Shown piece by piece: positions 38,687 through 51,700 of a stretch of 64,000 bases of DNA; within the stretch, counting starts at the first letter, position 1; the number at the start of each line of letters is the position of its first letter. Source of the DNA: Dipteris shenzhenensis (lineage: Eukaryota). The stretch lies in NCBI GenBank assembly GCA_047967505.1, contig CM106538.1. One strand, given 5' to 3'. The notes under the pieces are model-generated. The model was not told the DNA's origin. It did no database searches and worked only from the letters and a program-made list of their open reading frames with translations. Position numbers and translations under genes: made by a program.

Positions 38687-41600
38687 TGTTGAGATATCAA
38701 GCTCTACCCCCGATATATCTCCTGGATGACTATCATTTATGTCACCGCCTATGTTAGTTGTACTCGTGGTGTAGTTAGACTACCACGTATGTTTTTTGGT
38801 TTGGGTTCACATATGAACCACGTATTCTAGGGTTTGACATATAGGGTATTTCCCTCTTCTATTGTATTATTGTTGTGTGCAAAAGTGAAGAAGGCTTCAC
38901 CCTCCAACCTTGTGTCCTCTCTCTTTTGTGTGTTGTGAAGAAAGCTGAACTTGAGTCTCCTATCTCTCTCCCTTATTCTTTACATGGTATCAGAGCCTTG
39001 TTCGTGGTAAGGAGCTCAAGAAAGCAAGCCAAGTTTGTGGTGTCCTGGTAAGAGGACCAATGTTGCTTTCCTATTTCGAGTTTGGGAGCAAATCTCTGCA
39101 GGTAGCACAGCCAAAAGTACAGGAGTGCACTGTTTCAGATTGAGAGGCCCTTCGCGGTGTGGCGAGAGCGCAGTATATGCTGCGGGAGTTGCAGATTCAT
39201 GCCTATTGCCTGTTGATGCAAAATCGTCACTAGGAAGTGACTATGTGGTGAAATACCACTTTCGTCAGTGTTGCAGATCTGCCCTTGTGAGGTTTTTTGC
39301 AGAAGTTTTGCTATTTGCCCTTGTGAGGCATTTGCTGTGTTTACAGGTTGCTGTTGCAATTCGTGATTTGTAAAATGTCTGAGAATCTGTCTACCATTGT
39401 CAGTGAGAAGCTTGACAAGAACAACTTCCAAGCATGGAAGTTCAGGATGACAAACTTCCTTATGGGAAAGGGAGTTTGGGAGTACATCAGTGGTGAAACT
39501 GCAGAACCAGGGTGCTGCTCCCACTCCTGCTGAATTGAAGGCCTTTAAAGAATGGCATGAAAAAGCCAGAAAATGCCTGTATTGGCTGTCTGTTAGCATT
39601 TCAGATTCTATGATTGTGCATATACAGGATGTAGAGACGCCTAAGGAGGCATGGGATACATTGGTGAAGCTGTATAGCACAAATACCAAAGCACGAAAGA
39701 TGCAGCTAAAGCAGGAGTTGCACAATGTGCAAAGGAAAAATCTGAATATAAATGAGTATTTCTTGAAGGTGAAAGGCCTTGCAGATTCTCTTGCCTCCAT
39801 TGGAGCACCTGTTGATGATGAGGACTTAGTGTTCGTGACCTTGAATGGTCTTGGGAAAGATTATGCACAGTTTCGGACATCCATTGGAGTCCGTGAAACA
39901 TTTCCTGATTTTCAGGAACTTATTGCTCTCTTGCTGAGTGAAGAGCAAAGGAATGGTGGTTCAACCACCTCAACTTCTCAAGAGACTGCTTTCTACTCGA
40001 ATACAGGTAGAGGCAGGGGTAGAGGAAGAGGCCGTTTTGGTGGCCGTGTAGGAAATCAGAACCAACAGCAACAACAGGAAAACCAGTCCTATGGAGGAGG
40101 ACGTGGTAGTTCTAGAGGCAGGGGGAGCCAAAGAGGCCGTGGTTCATGGCAAAGGAACCAGCAAGTAAATAGCAGCACAGAATGCTATTATTGTGGAAAG
40201 CCTGGACACAAGGAGAATACATGCTATAAAAAGCAGAATGACATCAAAAGTGGGAAGTTACAGCAAAGCAACTATGCATCATCAAGTGGGCATGGTGACG
40301 ACAGAAATGAGCACCTTTTTGTGATGCAGCATATGGTTAACTCTATGTCAGGAGATGCTGTAGCTTGCAATGATGTTTGGTATGTTGATTCAGGTGCCTC
40401 TAACCACATGACCAGTCATGGTGAGTGGTTTCATGATGTTAGAAATTTGGATAAGCCAGGTTATGTTGAAACAGGTGATGATACTGCGCACCCAATTACG
40501 CAGGTTGGTAAAGTGCCATTGGCTATGCAGGATGGCAAAACGAAGTACTTGGCAGATGTACTTCATGTTCCAAAAATCACTAAGAACCTGGTTTCAGTTG
40601 GCCAGATGGTTGAGCAAGGTCTGCAGGTTAGATTTAATCCTGATGGATGCTTTGTTGAGGACTTGAAAAATAAGTGCCGCTTGGTTGCGAAAGGCAACAA
40701 AAATGGCAGAATGTTCACCTTGGATGTTGATATGCCTGACGTAAAAGCTGCTATGTTTGCGCATGGGAGAGGTGTCATTGCAGATATTGAGATATGGCAC
40801 AAGCGCATTGGGCACGTGAATATACAAAGGCTGAAATCAATGCAAACGAAAAACATTGTTGCAGGTTTGCCTAAATTCAGAGTTGAGGGAATGCAAAAGG
40901 TATGTGAAGCATGCCAAATGGGTAAGCAAGCCAGACATGCATTTCCCAAAAATGCTAAGGTGAGCAGAAGACCTTTGGAAGTGATCCATTCAGATGTTTG
41001 GACAACCAAAACTGCTTCTATTGGTGGATGCCATTATTATGTGACGTTTATTGATGACTACACTAGGAAGGTGTGGATTTATTTTATGAAGCACAAAAGT
41101 GAAGTGTTCAGCCATTTCAAGGCTTTTAAGGCCATGGTTGAAAAAGAGAAAGGTGTGCATATTAAAGTGCTAAGATCTGATGGAGGGGGAGAGTACTTTT
41201 CAGAAGAATTTTGTGAATATCTGAAAGAACAGGGAATTCAAAGGAAGTACTCATGCAGGTCAACCCTTCAGCAGAATGGGGTTGCAGAAAGGAAGAACAT
41301 GCATATTGCAGAAGTAGGACGGGCGATCCTAAATGAGAAAAACATGCCTGATTATTTTTGGGCTGAAGCAGTAGCAACTGCAGTTTATATTATGAACAGA
41401 ACCCCCACTGCAGCTGTCCATGGCATGACGCCTGAAGAAATGTATACAGGCCAAAAACCAGATATTTCTCACTTAAAGGTATTTGGTTGCATAGCTTATG
41501 TTCATGTCCCTCTGATGAGAAGAGAACAAAGCTGGATCCAAAGGCAGAAAAATGCATCTTTATTGGATATGCTCTGCACCAGAAAGGGTATCGCTGTTAT

Positions 41601-43981
41601 AACCCTTCCACCCACAAAATGCAAGTGAGCAGAGATGTTGTTTTTGATGAAATGAGCAGCTGGTATGCACCAACTGTTATGGTAGGAGATGCAGATGCAG
41701 GAAATGGGAATGCTGCAATAAATGCAGAGCAGCAATCTCAAGCCTTGAGTGGACCCAGAGAGTCCTCTACTAGTGGATCTAATGCATGGACAGGGAGATT
41801 GAGATCTAGTGAATCGTCACATGGCAGCCCTGATAGTGTTGTGTAGGTATCACATAAGGGAAAAGAAAAAGTAGACAATGCTCCAGTGTTTGATGTGTCT
41901 GCTGGTAGCTCTCATGTTGATGGAGAGTCAAGCGGCTCTGAAATGAGCCTTGATGAGGAACTTGGGATTCCTTCTGTTATTACACCTGGTGCAAGGAAAA
42001 GCAGGCATGATTTAAAGACTCCTGCAACTGATCCAGTTGTACGGAGGTCCACTCGTATTAAGTATCCAGTTGATAGGCTGAGATATGATGGGTATACAGC
42101 ACATCACTATGCTTATATGGTCAAGGTTCTAGAGGAGCCAGAGCCCACATGTTTTGAGGATGCAGCAGGGCATAAAAATTGGGAAGCAGCTATGGATGAA
42201 GAGATGGCTGCCTTGGATGCAAACCACACTTGGGATTTGATGCCTTTGCCTCATGATAAGAAGGCTATTGGCTGCAAGTGGGTTTACAAAGTAAAGCACA
42301 ATGCTGATGGGTCTGTTAGCAGGTACAAGGCAAGATTGGTTGCCAAAGGTTTTGCGCAGACATATGGAATTGACTATGAGGAAACTTTCAGCCCAGTTGC
42401 AAGGATGGCAACCATAAGAGCAGTAATTGCTATGGCTGCTCCAAAGGGATGGTCTTTGCATCAGATGGATGTGAAAAATGCCTTCTTGCATGGTGATTTG
42501 CAGGAAGAGGTTTATATGATGCAGCCAGAAGGTTATGAGGATAATTCACACCCCGATTTTGTATGCAGGTTGCGCAAAGCCTTGTATGGCTTAAAACAGG
42601 CGCCGAGGGCATGGTCAGACAAGATAGGGCAATATCTTGTCACTATTGGATTTCAGATTTCCAATTCAGATTTTTCACTTTATATGAAAAGGACAAACAG
42701 AGGGATTGTGCTTGTAGTCATCTATGTTGATGACTTGATTATTACAGGTGATAGTGATGCAGACATTAATGAAGTGAAGTTGCTGTTGAAGCAGAAATTT
42801 GAGATGAAGGATTTGGGAGAGCTGCGTTACTTCTTGGGCATTGAGGTTATTAGATCCCCGAGTGGGATATGGCTGTTGCAAAGGCAATACAGTTTGGACA
42901 TGCTGTCCAAATATGGGATGACAGGCTGTAAGCCTATCTCTATTTCATTGGAGCAGAATGTGAAGCTCAATGCAGAGACAGGTGAGCTTCTTGAAGATAT
43001 TACTATGTACAGGCGCATAGTAGGTAGCTTGATTTACATGACTATAACCAGACCAGATTTGAGCTATGCTATGGGGCTAGTGAGTCAATTTATGCAGGCA
43101 CCGAGGAAGCCACATTTGGATGCGGCTAGGCGCATACTGCGGTATGTGAAGTCCACATTGCATTATGGACTGTTTTATGAAGCTGGGTGTGCATTAAAGG
43201 TACATGGTTACACAGATGCTGACTGGGCTAGTAGTGTCTCAGACAGGAGATCTACTAGTGGTTTTATGTTTACCCTTGGGAGTGGTGCCATCAGTTGGAG
43301 CAGCAAGAAGCAGCCAACAGTTGCCTTGTCGAGCACAGAGGCTGAGTACAGGGGTGCAGCAATGGCTGCATGTGAGGTAGCTTGGTTACGGAAGCTACTT
43401 GCAGATATGGGACAGACAATTCATGCAGCAGTTGTCATTCATTGTGACAACATTAGCAGCATCATGCTTGCTAATAACCCAGTTTATCATGCTAGAACGA
43501 AGCACATTGAGGTGCATTATCACTTTTGAGAGAGAAGGTTCTAGCTGGTGAGATTGATCTTGTCTATGTCAGCACTGAGGAGCAGGTGGCTGATATTTTT
43601 ACGAAGGCATTGGGTACCGAGAAGCTTCGCAGATTTAGGAGCTTGCTTGGTGTACGTGAGATGGATTTGAGCTTGAGGGGGAGTGTTGAGATATCAAGCT
43701 CTACCGCCGATATATCTCCTGGATGACTATCATTTATGTCACCGCCTATGTTAGTTGTACTCGTGGTGTAGTTAGACTACCATGTATGTTTTTTGGTTTG
43801 GGTTCACATATGAACCACGTATTCTAGGGTTTGACATATAGGGTATTTCCCTCTTCTATTGTATTATTGTTGTGTGCAAAAAAGAAGAAGGCTTCACCCT
43901 CCAACCTTGTGTCCTCTCTCTTTTGTGTGTTGTGAAGAAAGCTGAACTTGAGTCTCCTATCTCTCTCCCTTATTCTTTACA
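38687..43981 (+). mobile_element. Young full-length Ty1/copia element (gag-PR-IN-RT-RH; few disablements)
   Basis: 298-bp LTRs 38687-38984 and 43684-43981 with 4 differences by eye; TSD CACAC; PBS TGGTATCAGAGC 38985-38996; PPT before 43684. The polyprotein starts at ATG 39375 and is split into ORFs 39490-41628, 41487-41846, 41886-43529 and 43526-43726. Confidence 0.97.
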
Positions 43982-46900
43982 CACACTGCATGGCCAATCA
44001 TACAGCAAATGAGTGCCCAATCCTAAGAGCTAGGATCACTTCACAATCAAATCCACCATCAAGGTCGTGGTGCCATATCTGCATCATCAGCGGCCATGAT
44101 GAAAACAGTTGCATCTTCAACATGCGCAACAACCCTGCCTCGATCTCAACAATACCAACCGGCACCACCCATGCTAGTGTACATGCAACTGGCACTTGCA
44201 CAAGTGCCCCTAGCTCCGAGGCTAAATCCTATTCCCATTCCGACACAAGTCCCACAACTACTCAGGAATCCAAATCCGCGACCATATCCAAGAGCACCAA
44301 ATCTAGCTCCTCAGGTAGTTCCAATACATCAACTGCTGATGCAAGTTGAGGAAGTAGACTCACCATTCGAGTATGAAGCAGAGTACCTAGTGTACTATGT
44401 AGAAGGTGCAGAGGGTCTAATACCAGTTTATGAAAATCAAGTACGTCCCAACACATATCGAGCACCAATCAAGTGCTACGATTGTGGAGAAAATCATCGA
44501 ATCGTAGAGTGCCCTCATCGTGATAGCCCCACTACTTTCCAACCACTCTGCAAAGATTGTGGCATAGGACATGCCTGTATGGATTTTCCCATGAAAAATA
44601 AGGTCCCACAACAGACAGAGATTAAGCATCACGTCTCAATCGGCATCATTGGGGTGGACCATCAAAGTCTGGGTCCAACTAGTGTAATATCACAACTTGT
44701 GAATGTGATTACATGCCAATAGAAAGAGGCCACCAAGGACCCTAACATTCCAATCCAACCAAAACAACTTCTTAAAAAGAAAGCACAAGTGCCTCCACCT
44801 CCGCCAAGCAATGAGCAACCGAGCTTATCCACATTAACTCTCGAGCCTCAAATAAAAGAAGCTCCATACCCAAATGCAGAGGTGGAGAAGGCTCATTTTC
44901 ATGCACATCAACAATGGGTACAAAAGGAACAAGCTCAATTTGAGGCTAAGAAACAAGCTCAAGACACAATCCATGACTTGGCTCCACAAAGTATTGATAC
45001 TGTACTCGAGCCTCTATTCCAATAACAGACTCCACAACATAATGTACCACCATGTCAACTTGAAAGAGCTGCACACTCTAGCATCTTGAGTTGCCCTGTG
45101 TCAATTCCCATCAGAATCCTCCTACGAGATTTTCCCAATCGCTGGGAGAGTTTCAAAGGATGGGTGAGAGAGATGACATACAGAACATTACTGTGCCTTT
45201 GATCCACAAGGCATATAATGAAGTCCAAGCCATAGTGGATGGTGGAGCAGGTGTAAATGTCCTACCAAAGGAGCTCTACGATGAATGGGGTCTCCCACCA
45301 ATGCAAAACGCTAATTTCAACATATGCCTTGCCGATGATTCACGGGCTAAACCCTTGGGAATAGTGAATGGCGTGTCCACAAAGGTCGCAAGAGTTTGCT
45401 TTTCCCTTCAATTCACAATCTTGAGTCTCCCTAGAAAATCCTATCAAATCTTACTACGACGTCCTTGGTTACAGGAAGCATCAGTCCTCCATGACTAGGG
45501 AACTGATAGATTGACAATCTAGAATCGTGACACCGTAGTCAAGGTGAATATGGGGACACGAGCCATAAAACCAATTGTGCCTAGAGCATTGGATGACACA
45601 TCTTCAACGACAATCTCAATAAAATCAGCTCCCCTGCAACAGCATGCCATAGCGGGCGATTCACAAAGCAATAACTGGATACAAACATTGGCAACCATCG
45701 ACAACTACCATTCATTAGACCCCATCTTCTTACTGATAGATGCTAAGATGCTACAAGTAGATCCTCCACTCACACATGAAGAACCAATCGATCTAGAGGT
45801 GCCATTCTTTATGGCTAAAACTGAGACTGAGAATGCTGAAATTAAAGATCAAGTCTTTGATAATGACTTAGCCATTCTGCATGCCCTAATGGCAGTCGAG
45901 CTCCCAAAAGTTAAACCTCCAAAGTTTAATAACAGTAGAAGATCCGTAAGAAAGATGGAGGAAATCGCAAAAAAGCCAAGTCCGAACACTTCAATGAATT
46001 CGAACGAGTCCAAACAAGGATCGTCAAATTGTATCTTGCAAAGCCAGCTCCCTCAAAATCAAAACCACCTCCTCTTGAATGGTCCCTTGAGGGACTAGAA
46101 GGAGTATGTGCGGCAAATGAACCCTTACTTTTGGGAACACCTTACCATTGGAAAAGTTACCCCACAATTCCCAGTGTAAGAAGTTTAGAAAGTATAAGCC
46201 ACATGTGTGTATGAAGATCGATCAAGAGAATTCACCCTCAAAAAAAGAAGAAAAAAAAAATGTCTCCAAGAGCCAAACAAATTGGTTATAATACTATGCC
46301 ACCCCGTACACATGGCACATGTCAGGCAGTTCAACACCATCAAAGGCTAATCTTCAAGAAGTGCGTGAGTACTTCAACAATAACACAAGTGGCAGTGTCC
46401 CCATAGCAATGACAAGACTACTAAAAGAATCTAAAGTTCAAGCTGTGCTGCTAGAAACATTGGACGGAGTCCAATTCAACACAACCATAAACGGGAGCCG
46501 ATTGAAGCGATACAACATCAACACGCAAGCCATCCCCGACAATAATGAAGTTTTGGGAACCCCAAGTCTTCAATAGTTTGCACTAGATTGTTACACATGC
46601 ACTCACTAACATATGCATGTTTTTGCACATATAGTTTGTACTAGATTGTTACACGCACACTCACTCGCATGTGCACGTTTTTGTACATTTAGGAAGACCT
46701 AATCAATTCTGTATTAGGGATGATTGAGTCTTAGTTTCCCTATTAAATCCCACAAATAAGCATATAGTTAGTCCCTACCTAATCGACACATCACATGCAT
46801 TCACACGATTTTGCATAGGCACATAATAGATTGCATCAATAATAGTATCACACCCTTTCATTCCATACTCTCAAAGCATGCAATGAATTCACAAGTAGGA

Positions 46901-47494
46901 CAAGAAGCTATGCCACAACTCAAGATGAATTGGCAAAAGAGTCTACAGCGTTAGCAACAACGAGACCCCCACCAAACATCACAGCCGTCTCCTAAATGTA
47001 AAAATATCAGACTTGCATACAACCTTATCTACAAGCTCAATGATATGGGTGCAATCGCATGCAACATCTATGCAAGATAGCAAGAAATGCCAGCCTCAAC
47101 AACGAGACCCCTGCCAAACCTCTTCCCAAGAAGATTTAATGGCAGAGTCTGTAGCCTCAGCAACGAGATCCCCTCTGAAATTCACAGCCATCTACCCCTC
47201 CTCAAGAGGAGATAAGCTTCCTGACTACATACCATAAATCGTATGGTGCAAAAGCATTACAGCAGGAACGACTCGCATGCCACAAGCTCAACAACCACTG
47301 GGTTATGCACATAGAATCCCAATTCTAAAATCAAAATAAACCATAACCCGAGGACGGGTAATCAAATGGATTTGGGAGTATGTTGTCTCTGTGCCAACAT
47401 GGACTTAGGTAGTACAAAATGTGTGTGTAGAGTAGCGGCAAAGCTTTGCTTGTACTTTCATAAGGCTAAGAATAATTTCTTTTAGAAATCCAAC

Positions 47495-47780
47495 TTGCAT
47501 GTTCTACATGCATGTTCTACATGCGAGTTCTACATGCAACTCCTACATGCAACTTCTACATGCAACTCCTACATGCATGTTCTACATGCAACTCCTACAT
47601 GCAACTCCTACATGCAAGTTCTACATGCAACTCCTACATGTGAGTTTTACATGCAATTCCTACATGCAAGTTCTACATGCAACTCCTACATGTAACATGC
47701 AACTCCTACATGCAACATGCAACTCCTACATGCAACTTGCAACTTCTACATGCAACTTCTATATGTAAGTTCTACATGCA
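47495..47780 (+). repeat. LTR-internal minisatellite (TACATGCAACTCC / TACATGCAAGTTC, 13-14 bp)
   Basis: About 20 tandem units; homologous arrays at 29385-29600 and 6075-6205 (- strand). Confidence 0.9.
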
Positions 47781-48289
47781 GAGAGAGAATGTCTTACAAT
47801 TCCTACATGCAGAGAGAGAAGCTCTCGAACTTGTATAAATACCCCATAATGAAATGAAGCCCTCACTCTTTGGGGCATTGTGTTGAGTTCTACTTTGGTA
47901 TTCCAAGCAATTGTCTCAAGTGTCCATGCTTCCTTGCACTCCATGTGTAAAAGCATGTCCTACCCTTGCAACTCCTCCTCCTCTCCCCTCCAACCTTGCA
48001 ACCCATCATCTCCCTCTTCTCCTCCCTCCTCCTCCTCCCTTCTCCTCCTCCTCCTTCCTCCTCCTCCCTTCTCCTCCCTCCTCCTCCTCCCTCCTCCCTC
48101 CTCCTCCTCCCTCCTCCTCCCTCCTCCTCCCTCCTCCTCTCTCTTCTTTCTCCCATGCTCTTACACCTTCTTCCTCTCCCACTCCTATGCTCCCCTTAAA
48201 CACTTAGTTCCTCAACCCTTAACCTCCATGATCTACGAGGGAGACGAGTTCTCCACCATGTACTCTACCCTAAACCTTGGATCCTCCTT

Positions 48290-48480
48290 CTAACCCTAGA
48301 ACTTCTTCTAAACCTTGGAACCTCCTTCTAAACTCTGGAACCTCCTTCTAGACCTTGGAACCTCCTTCTAAACCTTGGAACCTCCTTCTAAACTCTGGAA
48401 CCTCCTTCTAAACCTTGGAGCCTCCTTCTAAACCTAGAACCTCCTTCTAAACCCTGAACCTCCCTCTAACCCTTAAACTC
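48290..48480 (+). repeat. LTR-internal 20-bp tandem repeat (AAACCTTGGAACCTCCTTCT)
   Basis: About 9 units; homologous array at 30110-30300. Confidence 0.9.
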
Positions 48481-48745
48481 CTCCTAAACCCTGCAACCCC
48501 TAATGAAGGCAAAAGCCTTCATTACCTCAACCATGATGATACATGTTCGTTTTACACATGCATGTACTATTTTTTCTTACCACACTTAAGCCTACGTCTC
48601 TCACCGGAATACGACTCGAGGTCCTAAGCTACACGTATACTACAAACAACAACCCCTATATATCTATAGGTGACAAAAAGCCTTGGAACCCTGCATACTG
48701 AGAATACCCTACTCTTCCTGCGGAAGCTGTGGGAAAGAGCCAACA

Positions 48746-51700
48746 TATGGCTAATAGTTCCTTCTCATACGTGCTATACTTTAATTCAGCACTTTAAAGT
48801 TTTTGACTTTCAAAGGCTATGGGATGTTCCTCTTGTATTAGTATAGCTCCAATGGATGTACCACTAGCATCTCTACATATAACAAAGAAAGGCTTATCAA
48901 AATCTGGCAAAACTAACACAAGGCTAGTCATTAAAGCAACATTCAAATTCTCAAAGGCACTCAAATGTCTATCACGCCAGTGATACATTGATTGCTTCTT
49001 AAGTAGATCAATAAGTGGTGATGCAATCTTAGAGAAATTTTTAGATGAATCTCCTATAATAGCTACATAAACCAAGAAAAGATCTTAGTTCATGTACATT
49101 TGTAGGGACAGGCCATTCCTTTATAGCTTTCGCCTTGGTTGGATCAACCTGAATTCCATGTTCATTGATGACATGGCCTAAATATTATATTTCCTTCTTA
49201 AAGAACTCACTTTTTTAATATTCAGGAAGAGTTGGTTCTCTCGAAGCAATCCCATCACTTGCTTTAGATGTTGCTTGTGTTCTTCTTCATTTTGGCTAAA
49301 AATTAAAATATCATCAAAGAACACAACTACAAACTTGCCTATGTATGGTCGAAGAACTCTTCTCATTAGCCTAGAAAAGGTAGTAGGAGCATTAGTCAAC
49401 CCAAAGGACATAACTACAAATTCAAAATGTCTTGTTTGTATCCTAAAGGCAGTCTTATGCACTTCTTCTTCCCTCATCCTAACTTGATGATATCCCGACT
49501 TTAAATCCAATTTGCTAAATACCCTAGCACCTTTCAAGGAGTCTAACAAGTCATCAACTCTAAGTATAGGAAACCTATTCTTAATTGTCAACTTGTTAAG
49601 GGCTCTATAGTCAATACACATCCTAAAGGTTCCATCGTTCTTCTTTACTAAAAGGACTGGAGCCCCAAAAGGCAAACTACTTGGCCTGATTAGACCTTTC
49701 TCTAACAAGTTCGCAACTTTCTTTTCCACCTCCTCTAGCTCTACCTTATTCATTCGATAGGGAGCTCTACATGGAGGAGAGGATCCTGGAATCAACTCAA
49801 TCGTATGATCTTTAGGTCTAGAGATAGGCAACTCATGCGGATCGTCACTAGCAAATCGATCATCGAATTACTTAAGGAACTCTAAATGTTGACGTTCCCG
49901 ATCACTATGTTCAGCCTTCACTTCCCTAACTTATATCACACTACAACTCATCTCCTTACGCAACTCTCTTTTAGCTCTAGTATGAGATATGAGCAGAATA
50001 TGGGAAATATCTCGCTCACCTTTTAAGGTGATCCTCGTACCTTGGTGTTCAAAGGTACAAGTATGTTTCCTTACATCCATAGATGGTTGGAAATCATATC
50101 TGCAAGACTTGCCTAGGATCATATTGACTTCCTGCAGAGGAGCAACAAGAAAGTCTCTACGATCTTTGTACTTTTGGATCTTGAAGGGCAAGTTCTTGAC
50201 TTTAGAAGTACATTGCTCTTCATTACCTCTAAACGCACCACTAATACTCATATCCCTCAAAGGCCATTTCCTAGCTTTGACTATATTAGCCAACCTATCT
50301 GAGATAATATCATAGTTACTACCATCATCCATGAGGACAATGATATGTTGAACCCTAACATATCCATGTAACTTAAATAAGTCGTGTCGACCAAAGGTGT
50401 AATGCAAACTAGCATTATTTCTCTTTTTATTATTTTCAATATTTTTACAAGAAGGTTCATCCTCTTGCTTAGGGTGAGAAGCCCTAGTTACATTGGCCTT
50501 ACCCATCTTCTTCTTTAACTTTGGACAATCATAGAATCTATGATCTGTCGCCTTTTTGCATCCCAAACATTTTATTTACTTAAACAATTTATCCCTTTCT
50601 TGAGGAGACATGAATGGAGGTTTCACAAGTCCTCCTAGAGTAGGTTTGCCTGTTGGTTTGCTATTAACTGTTCATACTCCCACTCGCCTAGGAAAGTGTC
50701 ATCCATTTCGGTTAGAGTTGGCTGATTGAACAAAGGGTCTACTTTGTGAAGTTGACACCTTATATGTTACTTCTCTCCTTCTAGGATTGACTTTCCTTTC
50801 CACTGCCTCAACCAATCTAATGGCATCCTTTAATTTAGTTGGGCTTAGGAGTTCCAACTCATGTCGTTGGGTCTAAGACTCAAGAGATACTTATATAATT
50901 TCTCCTCTTCCTTCTTCGTTTGTGAACTCTAGAGATAAACGCCAAAATTTTGGAGTGTATTCGCTCACTGTCTCCCTATCAAATTGTCGTAGTTTCTCCC
51001 ATTTAAACATTTGGTCCTCCTTATATTTAAGTAGGAGAAACTCGTCTTTAATTCTTCCAAGAATTTAGACCACTCCTTGATTGGACTACTTTCCGATTGG
51101 CATACGGACCACCAAAGTAACGCATCCTTCTCCAAATGTAGAGTAGCTAGTGCTAACTTCTCATCTTCCTTACGATCAAATTGTACAAAGTACAATTGGA
51201 AATGTCTAATCCAATCGAGAGTTTCTCTGGATGCCTAGCATACTTTGGAAACTCAAGCCGCTCCTTAGGATCAAACCTTCTTTTCTTAATCTTTTCTAAA
51301 GGGTCTGCCTGATCCTCAAATGATTCCCTTTTTAAGGGCATTTACCTTTGAATTGTGTCACTTATGACTGCCGACAATCCTTGAAGAAATTCTTGGATTG
51401 CGTTGTCCGGGTAGTGTGGCAGTGATGGTGTCCTTGGTGGAGGTTTGATATGTAGCTAAGGGTTATCGAATGATGGATCAAATACATTTTCAGATAGGGG
51501 TGTAAGGTGTTGTTCCCATGAGGTTTAATGTGAGTTTAGGAACGTTGTCAGGTGTGAATTCTTGACTATCTACCATGTTTAGGAAATGCAAATGGAACTA
51601 ATCAAGTTTTCAATTAAGCTTCGTGATGAGCTAAGAGTGTGTGAAATATATTTAAGTGTGATACAAAAAGGAATTTGAATGCGAGCGGAAAAAAAATAGT

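Larger units (their letters stand above)
29385..48745 (+). mobile_element. Athila/Tat-like Ty3/gypsy element (non-autonomous, gag-protease only) hosting nested copia insertions
   Basis: 5' LTR (5'-truncated) ~29385-30563; PBS TTTAGTGCCGCTGTCGGGGA 30564-30583 (tRNA-Asp type). Gag KLELPKYNGRGDP...WFPMALTDEASEWY (~37880-38190), Zn knuckles, protease AIVDGGAGVNVL (~45230) and integrase-tail-like INGSRLKRY (~46490). PPT-like GGATTTGGGAGTA precedes the 3' LTR 47381-48745 (TGTTG...CCAACA). Confidence 0.88.
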
